A stretch of DNA of 64,000 bases, taken from assembly GCA_945865325.1 (NCBI GenBank), contig CAMBFA010000004.1, positions 114 to 64,113 on the forward strand, written 5' to 3'. This document shows positions 9,981 to 19,379 of the stretch, piece by piece. This DNA comes from Candidatus Kuenenia stuttgartensis (GTDB lineage Bacteria; Planctomycetota; Planctomycetia; Pirellulales; UBA1268). The notes under the pieces were generated by a model. The model was not told the DNA's origin, did not search any database, and saw only the letters and a program-made list of their open reading frames with translations. The translations under genes and the position numbers were made by a program. Position 1 is the stretch's first letter; each line of letters starts with the position of its first letter.

Positions 9981-11309
9981 TCAGCGGGCAAGAAGAAGGC
10001 GCCCGGGGCTCTCGAGGTAACCGATCACTTCCCGGAGGAACCGGGCAGCCATCGCACCGTCGATGATCCGGTGGTCATACGACAACGATAACGGCATCAT
10101 CAGACGCGGCTCGATCCGATCCCCTTGGACCACCGGCAACTTCCGCGACCGACCGACGAGGAGGACGGCCACCTCGGGCCAATTGATGATCGGCGTCGAA
10201 TAGGTGCCGCCAATGGCGCCGAGGTTGCTGATGGTGAAGGTGCCGCCGCGCAGATCCTCGATGGAGTACTGGGCGTGCTTCGCTTTCTCCGCCGTCTCCG
10301 CGATCGTCTGGGCGATCTGCGGAATCGACAGTTCGTCGCAGCCCCGCATCACCGGCACCACGAGCCCGCGGGGCGTGTCGACAGCAAGACCGATATTGAC
10401 GTAATCCTTGTAGAGGATCTCCCCCTTCTCGACGTCGATGCTGGCGTTCATCGCCGGGTGCTGGCGGAGGGAGAGACTGACGGACTTGATCACGAACGAG
10501 AGCGCCGTCAGCTTGACGTTCACCTTGGCATGGTCATCGGCGCTCGCCTTCCGCAGCCGCTCCATCTCGGTGACGTCGGCATCGTCGAAGTTCGTCAGGT
10601 GGGGAATCGTCGAGACGCTCCGCACCATATTGGTGGCAATCGTCCGCCGCATCCGCGACATCTGTTCGCGATGGACCGGCCCCCAATCATCGCGGTCGGA
10701 GGTCGGCGTTGCCGCCGAACGCCCCGCCCCCTGGGCGCTCCCCAGACGAACGGCCGCCACGACGTCCTCACGGAGGATCCGCCCCGCCGGCCCGCTCCCC
10801 TTGATGCGACCGAGATCAATGCCGAGCTCACGGGCGAGCCGTCGCACCGCCGGACCGGCGGGATCGACCGCGGCCTCAGCCGGCTTCGGCGCGGCAGGTT
10901 CAGGCTCGAGGGCGGGCTTGACGGCGACCGGCGGAGGGGCAGCCGGCACGGGATCGGCCGACGCGACCTTCGCCACGGCCGGCGCGACCTTTGCCAAGGC
11001 GGGGGGGGCCGCGACCGACGCAGGCTGGGCGGGTGCAGCCGCAGCGGGCTTCGCGGTCACCGGAGCGGAGCCGGCCGCCTCGAGGGTGACCAGCGTCTGC
11101 CCCACCTTGACGGTGTCCCCTTTCTTGACAAGGACACTCACGACGCGGCCACCGGGGGGGCAGGGCACCTCGATGACGGCCTTGTCGGTTTCGACTTCCA
11201 GGAGCGCCTGGCCCGGCTTGACCACGTCCCCGGGGGAGACAAACACGCTGACGACATCGCCGGAGGCGATGTTTTCGCCCAGATCGGGCAACTTGAAATC
11301 GGTGGCCAT
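9981..11309 (-). CDS. aceF: dihydrolipoamide acetyltransferase (E2p-type), single lipoyl domain
   Basis: Start MATDFKLPDLGENIASGDVVSV at 11309 (lipoyl motif VETDKAVIEV). Peripheral subunit-binding domain AGPAVRRLARELGIDL. Catalytic LSYDHRIIDGAMAARFL. Calling it PDH rather than another 2-oxoacid E2 rests on adjacency to aceE. Confidence 0.88.
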   Translation of the reverse strand: MATDFKLPDLGENIASGDVVSVFVSPGDVVKPGQALLEVETDKAVIEVPCPPGGRVVSVLVKKGDTVKVGQTLVTLEAAGSAPVTAKPAAAAPAQPASVAAPPALAKVAPAVAKVASADPVPAAPPPVAVKPALEPEPAAPKPAEAAVDPAGPAVRRLARELGIDLGRIKGSGPAGRILREDVVAAVRLGSAQGAGRSAATPTSDRDDWGPVHREQMSRMRRTIATNMVRSVSTIPHLTNFDDADVTEMERLRKASADDHAKVNVKLTALSFVIKSVSLSLRQHPAMNASIDVEKGEILYKDYVNIGLAVDTPRGLVVPVMRGCDELSIPQIAQTIAETAEKAKHAQYSIEDLRGGTFTISNLGAIGGTYSTPIINWPEVAVLLVGRSRKLPVVQGDRIEPRLMMPLSLSYDHRIIDGAMAARFLREVIGYLESPGRLLLAR

Positions 11310-11394
11310 GGTGGGGTCGCGGGGGGAAACGGGCGGGGGAGGGAAAGGAGAGAGTCCCGGCGTGGGCGACGGGCACCACGACGGAGGGGATGGA

Positions 11395-14229
11395 TCAGGC
11401 GCTGGCGGCGTCGATTTTCTCCGCATCGACGCCCAGCGAGGTGATCGCCTCGGCGACGATCTCGGCACCGATAGCACCGGCGGCCGCAAGCCTGGAGAGC
11501 ACCCCGACGGCGATGCACTCGGCATCGACCTCGAAATGGCGCCGCAGTCGTGGGCGCGATTCACTCCGCCCGAAACCGTCGGTCCCCATGACGAACAGTC
11601 CCCCCGGAATCCAGGGATCGAGTTGCTCAGGGACGGTCCGGACATGATCACTGGCGGCAACGAAGATCCCCTCGGCGGCGCCCAGGGTCTCCTCGAGGTA
11701 GCTGCGACGCGGCGTCTGGGTCGGATGGAGCATGTTCCAGTGCCGGCAGGCCAGCGCCTCGCGGCGCAGTTCCTTCCAGCTCGTCACGCTCCACACCGTG
11801 CTCGTCACGCCGAAGCGGTCGGCGAGGATCTCACCGGCGCGGATGACCTCCCGCAGGATCGATCCGGAGCCGAGCAGCTGGACGGGGGGGAGGGATGCGC
11901 CCTTTCCCTTCTTCGCCCCCTTCGCCGTGACCGGCTTGGCGGGGTTCTCACGGAGCCGGTAGGCCCCCTTCACGATCCCTTCCTCGCAGCCAGCCGGCAT
12001 CGCCGGCATCTCGTAGTTCTCGTTGTAGATCGTCAGGTAGTAGATCCAGTCCTCCCCCTTGGCGTACATCCGCTCCATACCGTCGAGCATGATCACGGTC
12101 GTCTCGTAGACGAACGCCGGGTCGTAGGCCTTGACCGTCGGATAGGCCATCGCGAACAGATGGCTGTGGCCGTCTTGGTGCTGCAATCCCTCGCCATTGA
12201 GCGAGGTGCGGCCGGCGGTGCCGCCGAGGAGGAATCCCCGGGCCCGGCAGTCGCAAGCGGCCCAGATCAAATCGCCGATCCGCTGAAAGCCGAACATCGA
12301 GTAGTAGATGAACATCGGGATCATCGGCACGCCGTGCGTCGCGTACGCCGTTCCGGCGGCGATAAAACTCGCCATGCTCCCCGCCTCGGTGATCCCCTCC
12401 TCGAGGACTTGCCCGTCCTTTGCCTCGCGGTAGTAGAGGAGCTGATCGGAGTCGACCGGCTCGTAGAGCTGCCCGGTATGGGCGTAGATCCCGCACTGCT
12501 TGAAGAGCGGATCCATGCCGAAGGTCCGCGACTCGTCGGGGACGATCGGGACGATGTACTTCCCCACCGACTTGTCCTTGAGCAGCGACGCCATGAGCGT
12601 CACCACCCCGGTCGTGGTCGAGACCTCACGACCTGCGCTCTTCTCAATAAAAGGGATGTAGTCGGCGAGCTTGGGAACCTCGAGCCGCGGGGAATCGAGC
12701 GGACGGGTCGGCACGTAGCCCCCGAGCGCCTCGCGCCGTTCCCGCAGATACTTCATCTCCGGCGAATCCTCGGAGGGCCGGTAGAACGGCGCCTTGGCGA
12801 CCTCGTCGTCGGAGATCGGGATCCCGAAACGGGAGCGGAAGGCCCGCAATTCGTCCTCGTTGAGCTTCTTCTGCTGGTGGGTGACGTTGCGCCCCTCGCC
12901 AACCTCGCCCAGGCCGTAGCCCTTGATTGTCTTGGCGAGGATCACCGTCGGCTTGCCAGTGCAGGCCATGGCCGCCGCGTAGGCCGCATAGACCTTCTCC
13001 GGATCGTGCCCGCCACGGCGGAGCTTCTTGAGCTTCTCGTCGGAGAGATTCGCCACCATCTCGGCGAGCTTCGGATCGGCCCCGAAGAAGTGCTCGCGGA
13101 TGTAGCTGCCCGGCATGACGACATACTTCTGATACTGCCCGTCGACTACTTCGTTCATCCGCTGGACGAGCAGACCTTCATCGTCCTTGTCGAGGAGCGG
13201 ATCCCAATCATCGCCCCAGATGACCTTGATGACGTTCCAGCCTGCGCCGCGGAAGAGCCCCTCGAGCTCCTGGATGATCTTGCCGTTGCCGCGGACGGGC
13301 CCGTCGAGCCGCTGGAGGTTGCAATTGATGACGAACACGAGATTGTCGAGCTTCTCGCGGGCCGCCAGCGTGATCGCGCCGAGCGTCTCTGGTTCGTCGC
13401 TCTCGCCGTCACCGATGAACGACCAGACCGTCTGCCGGCTGGTGTCCTTGATGCCCCGATCCTGGAGGTATTTGTTGAACCGGGCTTGGTAAATCGCCAT
13501 CAGCGGTCCGAGCCCCATCGACACCGTGGGGAACTCCCAAAACCCGGGCATCAGCCAGGGGTGCGGGTAGCTCGAAAGCCCGCCGCCGTCGGCGAGCTCG
13601 CGGCGGAAATTCTCCAACTGTTTCTCGGTGATCCGCCCCTCGACGAACGCCCGGGCGTAGATGCCGGGGGAGGCATGCCCCTGGAAATAGACCTGATCGC
13701 CGGAGAAATCTTCGCCGCGACCGCGGATGAAGTGGTTCATCGCCACCTCGACGAGCGTCGCCGATGAGGCGAAGGTGGAGATGTGCCCACCGATGCTCTT
13801 GTCCTCGCGATTGGCGCGGACGACCATCGCCATCGCGTTCCAGCGGATCATGCTCTTGATCCGACGCTCGACCTCCCGGTTGCCGGGAAAGAGGGGCTGC
13901 TTGTCGGCCGGGATCGTGTTGATGTAGGGGGTGGTGGCCGAGAACGGAATCGACACCCCGAGCCGATAGGCCTCCTGCTCGATGGCATGGAGGAGGTAGG
14001 CCGCCCGCTCCTCGCCCCGGCTGTTGAGCACGTAGCGGAGGGAATCGAGCCATTCCCGCGTCTCGGTCGGGTCGGTGTCGACACCGGCGGTGCCATCGAC
14101 CGCGACCGGTTGCCCTGCGGATGGGTCCGTCATCCGGCCGATCGACATCTGGGCATGTGCGCCCGGGGGGAGTTGCGAAGCTTGGGTAGCTCCGTCGGTG
14201 CCGGACTCGTCGATGTCGGGGCTCGCCAT
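11395..14229 (-). CDS. aceE: pyruvate dehydrogenase E1 component, homodimeric type
   Basis: DTDPTETREWLDSLRYVL and YFQGHASPGIYARAFVEGRITEKQLENFRRE closely resemble the E. coli AceE N-region. The start is ambiguous: in-frame ATGs at 14229 (MASPDIDES), 14148 (MSIGRM) and 14133 (MTDPSAG). The ORF's further extension to 14901 overlaps lpd and is Arg/Gly-rich. Confidence 0.9.
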   Translation of the reverse strand: MASPDIDESGTDGATQASQLPPGAHAQMSIGRMTDPSAGQPVAVDGTAGVDTDPTETREWLDSLRYVLNSRGEERAAYLLHAIEQEAYRLGVSIPFSATTPYINTIPADKQPLFPGNREVERRIKSMIRWNAMAMVVRANREDKSIGGHISTFASSATLVEVAMNHFIRGRGEDFSGDQVYFQGHASPGIYARAFVEGRITEKQLENFRRELADGGGLSSYPHPWLMPGFWEFPTVSMGLGPLMAIYQARFNKYLQDRGIKDTSRQTVWSFIGDGESDEPETLGAITLAAREKLDNLVFVINCNLQRLDGPVRGNGKIIQELEGLFRGAGWNVIKVIWGDDWDPLLDKDDEGLLVQRMNEVVDGQYQKYVVMPGSYIREHFFGADPKLAEMVANLSDEKLKKLRRGGHDPEKVYAAYAAAMACTGKPTVILAKTIKGYGLGEVGEGRNVTHQQKKLNEDELRAFRSRFGIPISDDEVAKAPFYRPSEDSPEMKYLRERREALGGYVPTRPLDSPRLEVPKLADYIPFIEKSAGREVSTTTGVVTLMASLLKDKSVGKYIVPIVPDESRTFGMDPLFKQCGIYAHTGQLYEPVDSDQLLYYREAKDGQVLEEGITEAGSMASFIAAGTAYATHGVPMIPMFIYYSMFGFQRIGDLIWAACDCRARGFLLGGTAGRTSLNGEGLQHQDGHSHLFAMAYPTVKAYDPAFVYETTVIMLDGMERMYAKGEDWIYYLTIYNENYEMPAMPAGCEEGIVKGAYRLRENPAKPVTAKGAKKGKGASLPPVQLLGSGSILREVIRAGEILADRFGVTSTVWSVTSWKELRREALACRHWNMLHPTQTPRRSYLEETLGAAEGIFVAASDHVRTVPEQLDPWIPGGLFVMGTDGFGRSESRPRLRRHFEVDAECIAVGVLSRLAAAGAIGAEIVAEAITSLGVDAEKIDAASA

Positions 14230-14426
14230 GGGCAACTCCGGGAGGGCTGGGAGAACTTTCCCTATTATTCCGCCCCTGCCGGCGGCCGTAAAGGCCGTTT
14301 CGTCAATGGGCCGCGCGACGAAAGTCGGTTCCTCGAAACGCTTTTCGACTCGGAACCGGGCCGGCTGGCCACCGGCCTGACAGGGCTCCAGCGGCGGCGG
14401 GAACTGCGCCCCTGGCCCCGGGGGAT

Positions 14427-15836
14427 TCAGCTCCTGGGACGGTAGATCTCGGTCGCCGTGCCGAAATAGTTCTCGGCCGCGAACGCCACCGTCTCCCCGA
14501 GGGTCGGATGGGCATGAATGGTTTCGGCGAGGTCGCGGGCACTGGCGGCCATCTCGATGGCCAAGGCTCCTTCCGCGATCAGCTCCCCCGCCCCGGCGCC
14601 GACGATCCCCACCCCGAGGACGGTGTCGGTCTCCGGATCGACGAGGAGTTTCGTCATCCCCTCCGTCCGCCCCAGGGCCTGGGCGCGACCACTGGCCGCC
14701 CATGGGTAACGGCTGATCTCGACCGTTTGTCCGCTCGCCCGCACCTCCTGCTCGGTGAGCCCGGCCCAGGCAATCTCCGGATCGGTGAAGACCACCGCGG
14801 GGATGCAGCGCGGCGCGAACAGCGCGGGCTCGCCATGGAGCCCCTCGACGGCGACCTTCCCCTGATGGCTGGCCCGGTGGGCGAGCATCGGCTCCCCGCA
14901 AACGTCACCGATGGCGAGGATCTTCGGGTCACTCGTCCGCTGGTGGGCGTCGACCTGGACGAACCCCTTGGCATCGATCGTAACGGCGGTGTTCTCGAGC
15001 CCCAGGCCGTCCGAATTTGGGCGCCGACCGACCGCCACGAGCACCCGGGAAAACTCCTTCTCGAGCAGCCCCTCCGGCCCCTCGAAACGGACCACAATCC
15101 CCTTCTTCTTATCCTCCAATCCGGCCACTTTCGTCTTCATGTGGATCGCTTCGAAGAGCTTCTCCAGCCGCGCCTGGAGCGGCTTGACGAGATCCCGATC
15201 GGCGCCGGGGAGGAGGGTGTCGGTGAGCTCGACGACCGAGACCTTCGAGCCGAGCTCGGCATAGATCGTGCCCATCTCCAGGCCGATGTACCCGCCACCG
15301 ATGACGAGGAGCGAGTCGGGGATCTCCTCGAGCTCCAGCGCCGAGGTTGAATCCATCACCCTAGGCGTGGGCAGCGCGAAGGCCGGGATCCGGGCCGGCC
15401 GCGATCCACTCGCCAGGATGCAGTGGTCGAACGTGACCGTCTGGCTGCCGTCGGCAGCGGAAACCTCGAGCGATCCCGACCCGGTGAAACGGGCCGTTCC
15501 GTGGATGATCCGGACATCGCGGCGCTTCGCGAGTTGGCCGAGCCCCCCGGTGAGTGTCGAAATCACCTTCTCTTTGCGAGCCCGAAGGGCGTCGAGCTTG
15601 ATCTTCGGCTTGCCGAGGTCGATCCCCCAGGACTCCATCTCCCGCGCTTCTGCCAGCACCCGACCGACGTGGAGGAGCGCCTTGGAGGGAATGCAACCCC
15701 GCAGCAGGCAGGTGCCGCCGAGGCGCTTCTCTTGCTCGACGATCGCCACCTCCATGCCGAGATCGGCCGCGAGGAACGCCGCGGCATACCCACCGGGCCC
15801 CCCCCCGAGAACCACCAGCGGAACGTGCGTCGTCAT
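14427..15836 (-). CDS. lpd: dihydrolipoyl dehydrogenase (E3), PDH-adjacent copy
   Basis: Start MTTHVPLVVLGGGPGGYAAAF at 15836. Redox motif GGTCLLRGCIPSK. C-terminal HAHPTLGET. By eye it is clearly diverged from the copy at 4110..5501. Confidence 0.92.
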   Translation of the reverse strand: MTTHVPLVVLGGGPGGYAAAFLAADLGMEVAIVEQEKRLGGTCLLRGCIPSKALLHVGRVLAEAREMESWGIDLGKPKIKLDALRARKEKVISTLTGGLGQLAKRRDVRIIHGTARFTGSGSLEVSAADGSQTVTFDHCILASGSRPARIPAFALPTPRVMDSTSALELEEIPDSLLVIGGGYIGLEMGTIYAELGSKVSVVELTDTLLPGADRDLVKPLQARLEKLFEAIHMKTKVAGLEDKKKGIVVRFEGPEGLLEKEFSRVLVAVGRRPNSDGLGLENTAVTIDAKGFVQVDAHQRTSDPKILAIGDVCGEPMLAHRASHQGKVAVEGLHGEPALFAPRCIPAVVFTDPEIAWAGLTEQEVRASGQTVEISRYPWAASGRAQALGRTEGMTKLLVDPETDTVLGVGIVGAGAGELIAEGALAIEMAASARDLAETIHAHPTLGETVAFAAENYFGTATEIYRPRS

Positions 15837-15991
15837 CGGCTCGAACTCCAATACGGCTAACAGGGCAGGGACGAGACCGGCAGGAGCGTTGTTGTAGTTG
15901 CGGTGAACGGTTCCTTCAAGAAACACTCCATGGACAGACCGCGGCGGACAGCCACGGCGCCCCGCTTCCCCCCCGTGCCTGCGCCCCTCCG

Positions 15992-17563
15992 ATGACCAAG
16001 GACCTTCGACCATGCTTGGCCGCCGATCGCGGCGCGGGCCCCGCCGGCTGTGGCCCGGTGCGGCGGCTCGTCGGGCGGGCCACGTCGCTCGACCTCCGCA
16101 GCCTCGCGGTGTTCCGCGTCATCGTCGGCACGATCCTCGTCGCCGATGCCCTCGCCCGCCTCCCCGGGGCCCCGCTGACGCTCACGGCCGACGGCGTGCT
16201 TCCCCCCGATCTGGTCCGTCGGTTCATCGGCCACCCCTGGTCCTGGTCCGTCGGACTGTGGTGCGATGCCGCCTGGTGGGGCTACGGCCTGCTGTGGGCC
16301 GAGGGAGTGTGTGGGGTCCTCCTCGCCGCCGGCATCGGCCTGCCATGGACGACGACGGCGGCCTGGGTCGTCGTCGTCAGCCTCGTCCGCCGGACCGCAC
16401 CGGTGACGAACGCCGGCGACGTCTTTCTGGCCGTGCTCCTCTTCTGGGGGCAGTTCCTCCCGCTCGGCTCCGTCTGGGCCTGGGGCGCAGCGGACCGCGG
16501 AGGATGGCGTTCCCGGGAGCCCCTGCCCCACCACGGCGTGGCGGCCTTCGCGCTGACGCTCCAAGTGGCGGCCGTCTACCTCTCGGCCGGCATGGGGAAA
16601 TGGAACGACGTCTGGTGGTCGGGCGAAGCGGTCGGCTATGCGCTCTCGGTCCACGACCACGGCACGACGCTTGGCAACCTCGTCGCCGGGTGGCGATGGG
16701 GTGCCCGCTGGCTGACATGGGCGACGCCCGTGGTCGAGCTTGCCGGTCCGGTCCTCCTCCTCGTACCGCGAGTGCGGATTCCACTGGTGGGGGTGTTCAT
16801 CCTCTTTCATGGCGCGATTGCGGTGACGATGGACGTCTGCCTCTTCCCGTGGGTGGGGATCGCCGCCTGGGTGGCCCTCCTCCCCGGCTCTTTCTGGGAC
16901 CGGATCGGCGCCGGGACGATCGTCACCACCGCCGGCTCCGACGGGGAAGCGCGCCTCGACCCCGCGAGACGGATCCTCTGCCTGGCAGCGCTGGGCATCG
17001 CAGCGGTCGCCTTCGCCCACGCCAACGGTCCATGGCAAGGCTCACGCCTGCCCGCGGGCCTGCAGCACGCGGTCCAGCTGACGTTCCTGGAGCAGGATTG
17101 GCGCGTTTTTGGAGAGATCCGGCCGCAACGGCAGTGGGTCTACGGGCGTGCCGAACTGGCCAACGGCGCGACCGTCGACATCCTCCGTCGGGGGAGGCCG
17201 CTGGAGACCGTTCTCCCCGCCGGTGGTTTCCACTCCCTCGGCGACCAGCGGCTGCAGAAACTGTTGTGGGAACTCCCCAAACCGGACCATCGTGCCTTTG
17301 CCCCGAGCCTGGCTACCGGACTGGTGAAGGCTTGGAACGCGAGCCACCCGCCCGGGGAGCAGATCGTGGCCCTCGAGATCCATGGGGCGAGGATGGTCAG
17401 GGCCCGCCGGGCGGACACGATCCAGGACGTCCTGATGGCGACATGGCCCCCCCGCTCCCCGACGGGCCGGGGCAATCTCGAGCGATTTCTGCGGGACGAC
17501 GGCGCCTCCTCCGACGGGGCAGGGGCAGACGCCGCGCCGACGACAACGGCGCCGCTGAGGTAA
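15992..17563 (+). CDS. HTTM-domain (vitamin K-dependent gamma-carboxylase-like) polytopic membrane protein
   Basis: 523 aa. The N-terminal LDLRSLAVFRVIVGTILVADAL followed by several Trp/Gly-rich TM helices is typical of the horizontally transferred transmembrane (HTTM) domain. The C-terminal half is soluble. Family call is from memory of the domain pattern. Confidence 0.6.
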   Translation: MTKDLRPCLAADRGAGPAGCGPVRRLVGRATSLDLRSLAVFRVIVGTILVADALARLPGAPLTLTADGVLPPDLVRRFIGHPWSWSVGLWCDAAWWGYGLLWAEGVCGVLLAAGIGLPWTTTAAWVVVVSLVRRTAPVTNAGDVFLAVLLFWGQFLPLGSVWAWGAADRGGWRSREPLPHHGVAAFALTLQVAAVYLSAGMGKWNDVWWSGEAVGYALSVHDHGTTLGNLVAGWRWGARWLTWATPVVELAGPVLLLVPRVRIPLVGVFILFHGAIAVTMDVCLFPWVGIAAWVALLPGSFWDRIGAGTIVTTAGSDGEARLDPARRILCLAALGIAAVAFAHANGPWQGSRLPAGLQHAVQLTFLEQDWRVFGEIRPQRQWVYGRAELANGATVDILRRGRPLETVLPAGGFHSLGDQRLQKLLWELPKPDHRAFAPSLATGLVKAWNASHPPGEQIVALEIHGARMVRARRADTIQDVLMATWPPRSPTGRGNLERFLRDDGASSDGAGADAAPTTTAPLR

Positions 17564-17574
17564 GATTCGTCTTG

Positions 17575-17656
<82 letters not shown>

Positions 17657-17676
17657 GTGCTCCCCCGAGGCCTCTG

Positions 17677-18909
17677 TCAGCGGAGCGGATTCCCCAGCTG
17701 GGCGGTCGCTCCGCGGAGCGGATTCGCCGCCGTCTTCCCCGCTGTCGCCGCGGCAGCCGCAGTTTTCTCGCGGCACTTTTCGACGGCTTGTTCGTTGAGC
17801 TCGAGGAGCTTCAGCGTCGGCGAACGGAGCTTCGAGTGGTCGCGATCGCCCGCCGGGCGGTCGCTCTGCGTCGCCTCGACCCACGCGCTGGTTTGCACCA
17901 CATTCCCGCGGGCATCCAGCGTCGATTCGGCCCGCGTCCCGCGCCCCAAGTTCGCCCACGCGGTGCCGGCGAAGGTTCCAGCCGGCAGCGCCGCAGCGGC
18001 CCCGGAATCGTCGGACGGCCGAGCGGAAGAAGCGTCGCCCGTCGATGCAGCGTCAACCGCGGCCGCTGGCTTGTCGTCCTCCTTGGCGCCCACGGGCTTC
18101 GAGGCATCGCCGGCCTCCTCCGCCTCGGCTTTCGGGGGCGGTGGAGCGTCGCCGGGGGCACCGTCGCCAGACATCTCCCCGCCATCCTTGCCTTCCTCAT
18201 CGCCTTGTTCTTCGTCGCCGTCGTCTGCAGCGCCCTCTTCCTGCTGGTTGGGCAACGCGAGCTCCTCCGCCATCTCCGGCACTTCGGAGCGGGGAGGGAC
18301 GACGGGCGTCGTGGCGGGATCGAAGTTGCCGACCTGCTTTACGCTCTGCCCGGGCCACGATCGCCAGCGGGTCGCGTAATAGCCGAACTGATCCGGACGC
18401 ACCGGGCAATGGGCCGGACAGCCTCCCTGCTCGCAGAGACCATTGCAGGGGAGATCGAGACGGCCACCGGCGGGACGGCACTTCCCGCAGCCCCGTTGGC
18501 CACACTGCCGACAATCGGCGGCCACGGCGTGACCGGCAAGCACCACACCACCGTCGGCCGTGCCGACGGCGCTCGTCTGCCGGACCCCCGCAGCCGGAGC
18601 CCGCGCACGGGTGGAGACCGCCGCGTTGGCACGCGGACCGGTGCGTCCCGACGTCGCCGCAGCCACCTTCGCGTCTGCATTTCCCCCCCGGGCCGCCTGC
18701 TTTGCCGGCAGAATCGCCCGCGACCAACCCGCCCGCTCAACGGCAGCCGTCGATTCGGCCCGCCGGGGCATCGTTCCGCCCCCGGCCTGCTGGGCCAACA
18801 CCCACCCCGGACAAGCGCCGGCGCCGAAGACGGCGGCCACGATGATCCGGGCACGAAACGCTCTCGAAGAAGCGAATGAGGAGCAGATTCGGGGGGGTCG
18901 GGGGGGCAT
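17677..18909 (-). CDS. hypothetical secreted protein with Cys-rich motif and acidic low-complexity region
   Basis: 410-aa ORF with a signal-like N-terminus (RARIIVAAVFGAGACPGWVLAQQA). Cys cluster CRQCGQRGCGKCRPAGGRLDLPCNGLCEQGGCPAHCPVRPDQFGYYATRWRSWPG. Asp/Glu/Gly-rich tract. Its composition is protein-like, unlike the overlapping Arg/Pro ORFs. Confidence 0.6.
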   Translation of the reverse strand: MPPRPPRICSSFASSRAFRARIIVAAVFGAGACPGWVLAQQAGGGTMPRRAESTAAVERAGWSRAILPAKQAARGGNADAKVAAATSGRTGPRANAAVSTRARAPAAGVRQTSAVGTADGGVVLAGHAVAADCRQCGQRGCGKCRPAGGRLDLPCNGLCEQGGCPAHCPVRPDQFGYYATRWRSWPGQSVKQVGNFDPATTPVVPPRSEVPEMAEELALPNQQEEGAADDGDEEQGDEEGKDGGEMSGDGAPGDAPPPPKAEAEEAGDASKPVGAKEDDKPAAAVDAASTGDASSARPSDDSGAAAALPAGTFAGTAWANLGRGTRAESTLDARGNVVQTSAWVEATQSDRPAGDRDHSKLRSPTLKLLELNEQAVEKCREKTAAAAATAGKTAANPLRGATAQLGNPLR

Positions 18910-19379
18910 GGTTGACCTCGCTGTGGATCGATTGTGGCGGGTGCGGGCCCATCGGCCCTACGACCGTTTATCCCGACTCATGCGGTTTTTTCGTCGCAAC
19001 CCCTCCCAATTCTTTGATCGGACTTTTCCGGTTCCTGGCAGACCGGTTTCTTCCCCCCAGACTGCCCCGACAGATGGGATGAGACTGATGTTTGGGGCGA
19101 TCGGGGCAGTCGGGGCCCAGAAAGGATGTCGGGCGGATGGTTGAACGATTTCCGGGTCTCGCGTCATATTAGGTGTCCTGTCCTATTTGGGTCGCCCGTC
19201 CTCTGTGGGTCGCCCGTCATAGAGAGGGGCTTCGAACAGGGTGTGAACCGTCGCGGGTTCGTCCCGGGAGTTCTCGTCGGGTGGGCTCGCCGTCCCGCCC
19301 AGCGGGCTCACTTGGACGACGCCCAACCCCAGCCACAAGGCCAAGCAAAGGAGCCGCACATCAGCGGCCCGTCATCCCC

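Noticed and set aside
10438-13767. 1109-aa + strand ORF
   Set aside because: It is antisense to aceF and aceE, whose translations carry unmistakable E2/E1 motifs. Its composition is low complexity (Arg/Gly/Asp/Pro).
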